A stretch of 62,950 bases of DNA, filler included, from Reclinomonas americana ATCC 50394 (taxonomy: Eukaryota), in the NCBI GenBank assembly GCA_048213135.1. It is 5 parts of 2 records of this genome, joined end to end, with 100 filler letters (N's around TTAATTAATTAA, not from the genome) between each part and the next. Parts side by side here need not be neighbours in the genome. Positions count along the whole stretch, not along the records: positions 24,286 to 32,844 come from PS015272.1; positions 32,945 to 56,867 come from PS015272.1; 3 more parts are not named here. One strand, written 5' to 3'. Positions within the stretch are counted from its first letter, which is position 1, and each line of letters begins with the position of its first letter. The position numbers were made by a program, and so were the translations under genes. Shown in pieces: positions 24,286-36,200 of this stretch. The notes under the pieces were generated by a model. The model saw only the letters and a list, made by a program, of their open reading frames with translations, ran no database searches and was not told where the DNA came from.

Positions 24286-27200
24286 TTCGTCTTCGGACCC
24301 AAACGCGGGTCAGACGCTGACGTACACGATCACGGGCGGCGCGAATCAGGCCTCGTTCAACATTAGTGGAACGAGCTTGCGATCGAATGTTGCTGGTCTC
24401 ACCGGCAGTGGTCTGCAAGTGATTGTGCAAGTGAGTGACGGAGCTGGCGGAACGGCAAGCACGACGTTTACCATTAATGAGGGTTTGTAGTGGATTTTTT
24501 CTCTGAAACATTTGTGTGACGATTCATCGACGACCTCACCGCACCGTGGTTTTTTCCCCCTTTCCTGTCTGCTATCGATACATGCAGGAGGCAATGTGAG
24601 TCCGTCGGCACCGACATTGTCGAACAACACGTACACGCCGCCGCTTGCGATGAATGGTGTGATTGGGACACTATCATCAAGCGATCCTGATGCGGGCCAG
24701 ACGCTGACGTATACGATCACGGGCGGCACGAACTCGGCTTCGTTCAACATCAGCGGAACGAACTTGCGATCCAACGTGGCTGGTCTTAGTGGCAGTGGTC
24801 TGCAAGTGATTGTGCAAGTGAGCGACGGAGCAGGCGGCACGGCAAGCACGACATTCACGATCAACGATGGTGTGTGTTTCTCGTCTCTTTTTTGTGTTGT
24901 TCACGCACACATCTCACTCGGTATCTTGTCGTGCGATATAGTCAATGTGGCGCCAACTGCACCGACGCTGTCGTCGTCGACGTACACGCCGCCGCTTGCG
25001 GTGAATGGAGTGATTGGCACGCTGTCGTCAACTGACGTGAACACGGGTCAGACTTTCACGTATACGATCACGGGTGGCACCAACTCGGCTTCGTTCAACA
25101 TTAGCGGTACCAGTCTGCGCTCGAATGTTGCTGGTCTCACTGGCAACGGGTTGCAAGTGATTGTACGCGTCAGTGACGGAACACTGACGGCGACGACAAC
25201 TTTCACCATCAACGAAGGTACGTGAGATTCCATTAGTGATGATATGTGTTTTTCTTGTGCAACTCATTCGGTGGGCATCGTTAGCCAACGTCAATCCGAC
25301 TGCGCCAACTTTGTCATCGACAACATACACGCCACCTCTCGTTGTGAATGGAGTGATTGGCACACTGGCGTCGACAGACGTGAACACGGGTCAGACGCTG
25401 ACGTACGCGATCGCTGGCGGCACGAACTCGGCTTTGTTCAACATCAGTGGCACGAATCTGCGCTCGAATGTGGCTGGCCTCTCTGGTAATAACCTGCAAG
25501 TGATTGTGCAAGTGAGCGATGGCGTTGGCGGCACGGCAAACACGACATTCACAATCAACGAAGGTCTGTTGTTTGTTTGACCTGGGCACGAGTTGATCGT
25601 AGTTTGCTCAATCTTCGTATCCGTTGCAGCGAACGTGAATCCGACTGCACCGACCTTGTCTTCATCGACATACACTCCGCCTTTGGCTTTGAACGGCGTG
25701 ATTGGCACTCTGGCGTCGACGGATGTCAACACGGGCCAGACACTGACGTACACGATCATCGGTGGTACCAACTCGACTTCGTTCAACATCAGCGGCACCA
25801 GCTTGCGATCCAGCATTGCTGGCCTCACTGGCAATAATCTGCAAGTGATTGTGCAAGTGAGTGATGGAGCAGGTGGAACGGCAAGCACCACATTTACGAT
25901 CAACGAAGGCGTGTTGCTGTCGTCTTGTCCTTCATGTGTTTGTGATGCGTCTCACTCACTATTTGTTTGCGACAGTCAATGTGGCACCAACTGCGCCTAC
26001 CCTGTCTTCATCGACGTACACGCCACCTCTTGCTGCGAATGGAGTGATTGGCACTCTTTCGTCGACAGATGTCAACACGGGTCAGACACTGACGTATACG
26101 ATCACGGGCGGCACGAATCAGACGTCGTTCAACATTAGTGGTACTAGCTTGCGGTCGAATGTGGCTGGTCTCACCGGCAACAATCTGCAAGTGATTGTAC
26201 AAGTGAGTGATGGAGCTGGTGGAACGGCAAGCGCGACATTCACGATCAACGAGGGTCTGTGTTTCATTGTCTTTTTTTGTTGCTCACACACGCATTTCAC
26301 TCAATATTTATTTGCGATAGTCAATGTGGTACCAACTGCACCGACGCTGTCATCGTCAACATACACTCCGCCTCTTGCTCTGAATGGAGTGATTGGCACT
26401 CTTTCGTCGACAGATGTCAACACGGGTCAAACATTGACGTACACGATCACGGGTGGCACCAACGCGTCCTCGTTCAACATCAGCGGTACCAGCTTGCGGT
26501 CAAACATTGCCGGCCTGGCCGGCAACAATCTACAAGTGATTGTGCAAGTGAGTGACGGAACTCTGACGGCGAGTACAACATTCACGATCAGCGAAGGTAT
26601 GCTTCGTGTCTGCCTGTCCGTGTTGATTGTATCTGTACAGCTCAGTTGTTTCTTTCTGGTTGCAGTGAATGTGGTGCCGACTGCGCCAACATTGTCGTTG
26701 TCTACCTACGTTCCGCCGCTCGCTCTGAACGGCGGGATTGGTACTCTGTCCTCTTCGGACTCAAACACGGGCCAGACGCTGACGTACACGATCACGGGTG
26801 GTACGAACTCGGCATTATTCAACATCAGCGGAACGAGCTTGCGATCCAACGTGGCTGGTCTTAGTGGCAGTGGTCTGCAAGTGATTGTGCAAGTGAGTGA
26901 CGGAGCTGGCGGAACGGCAAGCACGACGTTTACCATTAATGAGGGTCCGTAGTGGATTTTCTCTGAAACATTTGTGTGACGATTCATCGACGACCTCACC
27001 GCACCGTGTTTTTTTCCCCCTTCCTGTCTGCTATTGATACATGCAGGAGGCAATGTGAGTCCGTCGGCACCGACATTGTCGAACAACACGTACACGCCGC
27101 CGCTTGCGATGAATGGTGTGATTGGGACACTATCATCAAGCGATCCTGATGCGGGCCAGACACTGACGTACACGATCACGGGTGGTACGAACTCGGCTTC

Positions 27201-30200
27201 GTTCAACATCAGCGGAACGAGCTTGCGATCCAACGTGGCTGGTCTTAGTGGCAGTGGTCTGCAAGTGATTGTTCAAGTGAGTGATGGAGCAGGCGGAACG
27301 GCAAGCACGACATTCACGATCAACGAAGGTGTGTGTTTCTCGTCTCTTTTTGTGTTGTTCACGCACACGTCTCACTCGGTACCTTGCCGTGGGATATAGT
27401 CAATGTGGCGCCAACTATGCCTACCCTGTCATCGACGACATACTCGCCGCCACTTGCTCTGAATGGAGTGATTGGCACTTTGGCGTCAACCGACGTGAAC
27501 ACGGGTCAGGCACTGACGTACGCGATCACGGGTGGCACGAACTCGTCTTTGTTCAATATCAGCGGTACCAGTCTGCGATCGAGTGTGGCCGGTCTCACTG
27601 GCAACGGGTTGCAAGTGATTGTACGCGTCAGTGACGGAACACTGACGGCGAGTACAACTTTCACCATCAACGAGGGTACGTGAGATTTCGTGAGGGATGA
27701 TATGTGTTTTTCTTGTGCAACTCATTCGGTGGGCATCGTTAGCCAATGTGAATCCGACTGCGCCCACCCTGTCTTCGTCAACGTACACGCCGCCTTTGGT
27801 TTTGAATGGAGTGATCGGCACTCTGGCGTCGACTGATGTCAACACGGGTCAGACGCTGACGTACACGATCACTGGCGGCACGAATCAGGCGTCATTCAAC
27901 ATCAGCGGCACCAGTTTGCGATCCAGCATTGCTGGCCTCACTGGTAACAATCTGCAAGTGATTGTACAAGTGAGTGATGGAGCAGGCGGAACGGCAAGCA
28001 CGACATTCACGATCAATGAGGGTCTGTTAGTGGTTGATTGATATGGGAACGAGTTCATTGTGGTTTGCTTACTCTTCGTATCCGTTGCAGCGAACGTGAA
28101 TCCAACTGCACCGACCTTGTCTTCGTCAACGTACACTCCGCCTTTGGCTTTGAATGGAGTAATCGGCACTCTGGCGTCGACTGATGTCAACACGGGTCAG
28201 ACGCTGACGTACGCGATCACGGGTGGCGTGAATGCCTCGTCATTCAACATCAGCGGCACCAGCTTGCGGTCAAACATTGCTGGTCTCACGGGCAATAACT
28301 TGCAAGTGATCGTGCAAGTGAACGATGGAGCAGGTGGCACTGCAAGCACGACATTCACAATCAACGAAGGTATGTTGCAAACGCAGATTTTGTGGTTACA
28401 GCACCGTTCGAAGCTGATATCTTTGTTCCTTGATTGCTAAGGGGCCAACACGAGTCCGTCGGCACCAATGTTGTCGAGTAGCATGTACACTCCGCCGCTC
28501 GCTCTGAATGGAGTGATTGGCACGCTTTCAGCGAGCGATCCAGATGCGGGCCAGACGCTGACATACACGATCACGGGTGGCGCCAATGCAGCGTCTTTCA
28601 ACATCAGCGGTACCAGTCTACGATCGAGCATTGCTGGCCTCACTGGTAATAATCTGCAAGTGACTGTGCAAGTGAGCGATGGAGCTGGTGGTACGGCGAA
28701 TACCTCGTTCACAATAAGCGAAGGTTTGAAGTTCATCGACAACGTATTCGCTGTTTCTCTAGTTACTAATTTGTGTGTACAGTCAATGTCGCGCCGACCG
28801 CGCTGACTCTGTCGTCATCGACGTACACGCCACCACTTGCGTTAAACGGAGTGATTGGCACACTGTCGGCGACGGATGCGAATTCGGGTGAAACGTTTAC
28901 GTATGCGATTACCGGCGGCACGAATCAAGCGTCATTCAACATCAGTGGCAGCAGCCTGCTGTCGAATGTGGCTGGTCTCACTGGCAACAACTTACAAGTG
29001 ACTGTCCAAGTGATCGACTCCCAGGGCGGCGCGATAAGTTCCACGTTTACGCTGAGCGAAGGTTTGCCGAATCGCTCATGCTCTCTCTCCTTCGTTCCTT
29101 GTTTTCTCTCCTTCCTGTGTACTGAACGTCCGTTGTCGTCAGTCAATGTGGCACCGACTGCACCGACGCTGTCGTCGACGACGTACATGTCACCACTTGC
29201 ATTGAATGCAGTGATTGGCACTCTGGCTTCAACCGACCCCAACACCGGCCAGACGCTGACGTACACGATCACGGGCGGCGCCAACGCAGCATCATTCAAC
29301 ATCAGCGGCATTAACTTGCGCTCGAATGTGGCTGGCCTCACTGGCAGTGGTCTGCAAGTGATTGTGCGTGTCAGCGACGGAACCCTGACGGCAAGCGCGA
29401 CTCTTACGATCAGCGAAGGTTCGATTAGTTCGTTGTACCATTTTGTTTGTTTGGGCCGTGCAGCTTACGCGATCGAGTACATTCATCAGTCAATGTGCCA
29501 CCGACCGCACCGACCCTGTCTTCATCAACATACACTCCGCCACTTGCACTGAACGGCGTCATTGGCACGCTGGCGTCGACCGACGTCAATACGGGTCAAA
29601 CCATGACGTATACGATCACGGGCGGCACGAATCAGGCGTCGTTCAACATCAGCGGTACCACTTTGCTGTCAAATGTGACTGGTCTGACTGGCAATATCCT
29701 GCAAGTGACTGTGCAAGTGAGCGATGGCGCAGGCGGCACTGCGAGTACGACATTCACGATCAACGAAGGTATGCTGTTGTCTGCGTGCGTGTCTGTCATT
29801 ATTGCTCTCGTGCTCTCTTTTTAAACTCGTGGGTCAGTCAATGTGGCACCGACTGCACCGACGCTGTCGTCGTCGACATACGTACCGCCACTTACATTGA
29901 ACGGCGTCATTGGCACGCTGGCGTCTACCGACCCCAACACGGGTCAGACGTTGACGTACACCATCGCGGGTGGCACGAACTCTGCGTCGTTCAACATCAG
30001 CGGCACCAGTCTGCAGTCCAATGTGGCAGGCCTCACCGGCAACAACCTGCAAGTGATTGTGCGGGTCAGCGACGGAACATTGACCGCTACATCTACATTC
30101 ACGATCAGCGAAGGTATGCGATTGAGATGTCCCTGCGTTTTCCATGTGCATGCAGTGCTAACATGAGACTGGTGTGAATTCGTGTAGCCAACGTGGCACC

Positions 30201-33200
30201 GACGGTGCCGACCCTGTCTTCGTCGACGTACACGCCTCCTCTCGCTCTGAACGGAGTGGTCGGCACATTGTCGTCGAGTGACGTGAACACGGGTCAAACA
30301 CTCACGTACACGATCACGGGCGGCACGAACTTGGCGTCATTCAGCATTAGCGGCACCAGTCTGCGGTCGAATGTGGCTGGCCTCACCGGCAATAACCTGC
30401 AAGTGATTGTGCAAGTGAGCGATGGCACCCTGACGGCGAGTACAACATTCACAATCAGCGAAGGTGCGCTTCTTGTCTCGTCACTTTGTTGGTAACGTAC
30501 GCATCTCATCTATTATTTGCTTGTGACAGTCAATGTGGCACCGACGACACCGACGTTATCATCGACGACGTACACGCCACCGCTCGCCGTGAACGGAGTG
30601 ATTGGCACTCTTTCGTCGACGGATGTCAACACGGGTCAGACTCTGACGTACACTATTGTGGGCGGCACCAACGCATCATTATTCAACATCAGCGGAACAA
30701 ACTTGCGGTCCAGTGTTGCTGGGCTGACTGGCAACAGCCTGCAAGTGATTGTGCGGGTCAGTGACGGAACGCTGACTACGAGCAAGACGTTCACAATCAG
30801 CGAAGGTATTTGTTGGTGTTTTCGTGTTCTTTGTCCATTGGTCGTGCGACTCTCATTCCTGGCTGGGACAGTCAATGTGACACCGACTGCACCGACCCTG
30901 TCTTCGTCGACGTACACACCGCCACTCGCCGTGAATGGAGTGATTGGCGTGCTTGCATCAACTGACCCCAACACGGGTCAGTCGCTGACGTACACCGTTG
31001 TGGGTGGCACGAACTCTGCTTCGTTCAACATCAGCGGTACCAGCTTGCAATCCAGTGTGGCAGGCCTCACTGGCAACAATCTGCAAGTGATTGTGCGGGT
31101 CAGTGACGGAACGCTGACAGCGAGTACGACATTCACGATCAGCGAAGGTGTGTTGGTGTTGTCCCTTCGATTCGTGTGTGCACTGTCACTCACACAAGTG
31201 TTCGTCTCAGCCAACGTGAATCCGACTGTACCGACGCTGTCATCGACAACGTACACACCACCGCTTGCGCTGAACGGAGTGATCGGCACTTTGTCGTCTG
31301 CCGACCCCAACACGGGCCAGACGTTGTCGTACGCTATCACGGGCGGCATTGACTCTGCATTGTTTAATATCAGTGGTACCAGTTTGCGATCCAGTCTGGC
31401 AGGCTTGATTGGCAACAACCTGCAAGTGATTGTGCAAGTGAGCGATGGTGCTGGCGGCACTGCGAGTTCGACCTTTACGATCAGCGAAGGTGTGTTATGT
31501 GCTCTGATGTCTTCGTTCTGCGTTAACTCGCGCTGACTTTGCTGTGCCCGATAGTCAATGTGGCGCCGACGACACCGACGCTGTCATTGTCGACATACAC
31601 GCCGCCTCTCGCCGTGAACGGAGTGATTGGCACGCTGTCGTCGACGGATGTGAACACGGGTCAGACGCTGACGTATGCGATCACGGGCGGCTCCAACGCA
31701 TCATCATTCAATATCAGTGGAACGAGCTTGCGATCGAATGTTGCTGGCCTCACCGGTATCAGTCTACAAGTGATTGTGCAAGTGAGTGATGGCACCCTGA
31801 CGACAGCTGCGACATTCACAATCAGCGAAGGTGTGTAGCTGTCTTGAGTTTCTTCAGTTGTCTGTTATTTTGACTGACGTTGGTGACTGGATCAGCGAAC
31901 GTGGCTCCAACTGCACCGACGTTGTCATCGTCGACGTACACGCCACCACTTGCTGTGAACGGAGTGATTGGCTCGTTGGCGTCAACGGATGTCAACACGG
32001 GTCAGACACTGACGTACACAATCACGGGCGGCAACAACGCAGCGTCATTCAGCATCAGCGGTACCAGCTTGCGGTCGAATGTGGCAGGTCTCACCGGTAA
32101 CAATCTGCAAGTGACTGTTCAGGTCAGCGACGGAACTCTGACGGCGAGTACAACATTCACGATCAGCGAAGGTGTGTTTGCTGTCATGTTCCTTTGATTA
32201 TCTGTCATGTGACTGACGTGGGTGACTGCGTCAGCGAATGTGAATCCGACTGCACCGACGCTGTCATCGTCGACGTACACGCCGCCTTTGGCTTTGAACG
32301 GTGTGATTGGCACTCTGTCGTCTTCGGACCCAAACACGGGTCAAACATTGACGTACAACATCACGGGCGGCACGAATCAAGCGTCATTTAACATCAGCGG
32401 CACGAGCTTACGGTCGAATGTGGCTGGCCTGACTGGCAATAACCTGCAAGTGATTGTGCAAGTGAGTGACGGAGCAGGCGGAACGGCAAGCACTACTCTC
32501 ACAATCAACGAGGGTCTGTTATTGGTTGATGACTTAGGGACGAGTTGGTTGTGGTTTGCTCACCCTTCGTTTTTGTTGCAGCGAACGTGAATCCGACTTC
32601 GCCTTCTCTGTCTTTGTCGACATACACGCCACCACTTGCTCTGAATGGCGTGATTGGCTCGTTGGTGTCGACCGATGTGAACACGGGTCAGACACTGACG
32701 TACACGATCACGGGTGGCACGAGTCAGGCATCGTTCAACATCAGTGGCACTAGCTTGCGGTCGAATGTGGCTGGCCTGACTGGCAACAATCTGCAAGTGA
32801 TTGTGCAAGTGAGCGATGGAGCAGGCGGCACTGCGAGCGCGACANNNNNNNNNNNNNNNNNNNNNNNNNNNNNNNNNNNNNNNNNNNNTTAATTAATTAA
32901 NNNNNNNNNNNNNNNNNNNNNNNNNNNNNNNNNNNNNNNNNNNNCTGTCGTCGTGTCTTTCATGTCTTTGTTATGCGTCTCACTCATTATTTGTTTGCGA
33001 CAGTCAATGTGGCACCAACTGCACCAACGCTGTTGTCATCGACGTACACGCCACCACTTGCTCTGAATGGAGTGATTGGCACCCTGTCGTCAACGGATCC
33101 AAACACTGGTCAGACCCTGACATACACGATCACGGGTGGCACGAACTCGGCTTCGTTCAATATCAGCGGTACCAGTCTGCGATCGAATGTGGCCGGTCTC

Positions 33201-36200
33201 ACTGGCAATAATCTGCAAGTAATTGTGCAAGTGAGCGACGGTACTCTGACGGCGAGTGCGACGTTTACGATCAACGAAGGTACGCGAGATTCCATTAGTG
33301 ATGATATGTGTTTTTATTGTGCAACTCATTCGGTGGGCATCGTTAGCCAACGTCAATCCGACTACACCGACCCTGTCGTCAACGACATACACGCCACCTC
33401 TCGTTGTGAATGGAGTGATTGGCACTCTGGCGTCGACTGATGTCAACACGGGTCAGACTTTCACCTACACTATTATTGGTGGCACCAATCAGGCGTCATT
33501 CAACATTAGCGGTACCAGTCTGCGATCCAGCATTGCTGGCCTCACTGGCAACAATCTGCAAGTGATTGTGCAAGTGAGCGACGGGACTTTGACAGCAAGC
33601 ACGACGTTCACGATCAACGAAGGTCTGCTGCCTCAAGAAGATTGTGTCTTTCTCATTCGTTTTTTTATTGACTTGCCGTTACTATGTGACAGTCAATGTG
33701 GCACCGACTGCACCAACGCTGTCATCGCTAACCTATGCCTTCCCTCTTGCACTAAATGGAGTGATTGGCACTCTGGCATCTACCGACCCCAACACAGGCC
33801 AGACGCTGACGTATTCAGTCACTGGTGGTGCCGATGCTTCGTTGTTCAACGTTAGCGGTACCAACTTGCAGTCGAATGTTGCGGACCTCACTGGTAATGG
33901 TCTGCAAGTGACTGTGCAAGTGAGCGATGGAGCAGGCGGCACGGCAAGCACGACATTCACGATCAGCGAAGGTGTGCTGTTTGTTTGTGTTACTTTGTTG
34001 GTAACGTACGCATCTCATCTATCAATTGCTTGTGAAAGTCAATGTGGCACCAACGACACCGACGCTGTCTTCGTCGACATACACGCCGCCGCTCGCTGTG
34101 AACGAAGTGATTGGCACGCTGTCGTCGACCGACCCCAATACGGGTCAGACTCTGACGTACACGATCACTGGCGGCGCCAACGCATCATCATTCAACGTCA
34201 GCGGCACTAATTTGCGGTCCAATGTTGCTGGTCTGACTGGTAACAGTCTGACAGTGATTGTGCGGGTCAGTGATGGATCATTGTCGGCCAGTGCTACATT
34301 CACGATCAGCGAAGGTATTTGTTGGTGTTGTCGTGTTCTTGGAACGTCTGTCGTGTGACTCTAATTCCTGGCTGGGACAGTGAACGTGGCACCGACTGCA
34401 CCGACACTGTCGTCGTCGACGTACACATCGCCACTTTCTGTGAATGGAGTGATTGGCGTGCTTGCATCAACTGACCCCAACACGGGCCAGACGCTGACGT
34501 ACACCATTGTGGGTGGCACGAACTCGGCTTCGTTCACCATCAGTGGCGCGAGTCTGCGCTCGAACGTGGCAGGCCTCACTGGCAATGGTCTGCAAGTCTC
34601 TGTTCAAGTTAGTGATGGAGCTGGCGGCACAGCGAGCGCGACATTCATTATCGACGAAAGTTTGTTCTGCGTCCGTCTGCCATTGATCTCTTCCCGCTTG
34701 TTTCTAAATGCGTTCGTTTTGCTGTGTGTAGTCAGCGTGGCACCGACGGCACCGACGCTATCGTCAACGACGTACACGCCGCCTCTCGCTGTAAACGGAG
34801 TGATTGGCTCGCTGTTGTCTGCCGACCCCAACACGGGTCAGACGCTGTCATACGTCATCACTGGCGGCGCGAACCAGGCGTCATTCAACATCAGTGGAAC
34901 GAGCTTGCGGTCGAATGTGGCTGGTCTCACGGGTAACAACCTGCAAGTGACAGTTCAGGTCAGCGACGGCACCCTGACAGCAAGTGCAACGTTCACGATC
35001 AACGAAGGTGTGTTTGATGTCCTCGTGTTCTTGATGAATCCGTCATGCGACTGACGTGGGTGACTGCATCAGCAAATGTGGCACCGACTGTACCGACACT
35101 GTCATCGTCGACGTACACGCCGCCTCTTGCGCTGAATGGCGTGATCGGCACACTGGCGTCGACAGATGTAAACACAGGTCAGACGCTGACGTACACTATC
35201 ATTGGTGGCACGAATCAAGCCTGGTTCAACATTAGCGGTACCAGTCTGCGTTCTAATGCTCCTGGGCTGACGGGAAATGGGCTGCAAGTGATTGTGCGAG
35301 TCAGTGATGGAGCGGGCGGAACGGCAAGCACTACGTTTACCATCAGCGAAGGTGTGTCGTTTGTCCTGCCAGAATCCCCCTTTTTTCAGCTGTTGCTTAT
35401 TCGATCCACATTAGCAAATGTGAGCCCAACCGCTCCCACCCTATCGCCGACGACGTACTCGCCGCCACTCGCCCTCAACGGCGTAGTCGGGACGCTGTCT
35501 TCGGTGGATGTCAACTCTGGTCAGACGCTGACGTACACCATCATTGGTGGCTCAAATGCATCGTCGTTCAACATCAGTGGCTCGGTTTTGCGATCCAGCG
35601 TGGCTGGACTGACGGGCAATGGCCTACAAGTGTCTGTGCGAGTCAGCGACGGAGTCGGCGGCACTGCAAGCTCGACATTCATCATTAACGAAGGTCTTGT
35701 GCTTTGCATTGTTGCTGTGTTTTTTCTTCTTTTTGACAGCTCGTGCAGGCAACGTCTCGCCCACTGTACCTGTCCTCTCGCTGTCGACATATGCGCCTCC
35801 GCTTGCCCTCAACGGCGTGATTGGCACGCTTTCTTCGAGTGATCCGAACACGGGTCAGACGCTGACATTCTCTGTTATCGGCGGAGCCAATCAATCATCT
35901 TTCAATATCAGCGGGAGCAGCTTGCGTTCAAACGTCGCGGGCTTGAGTGGCAACGGCCTGCAGGTTATTGTGCGCGTGGATGATGGAGTCGGTGGTGTGG
36001 CCAGCAGCACCTTTACTATCACTGAAGGTATGTATGCTTTGCATTTCAGTTCATTTTTTGTTTCTCTTCGGTTATCTGAGTGCATTGCCCACGGCAGCCA
36101 ATGTCTCGCCCACGGCGCCGACACTGTCAGCGTCGTCGTACATGGCACCGCTCGCTTTGAATGGAGTCGTTGGTCTGTTGTCCTCGAGCGACCCGAATAC

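Noticed and set aside
24483-35071. Introner elements (families of near-identical introns)
   Set aside because: Similar introns occur only at the homologous position in tandem exons, which tandem duplication explains; no TIRs, TSDs or copies in other genes were seen
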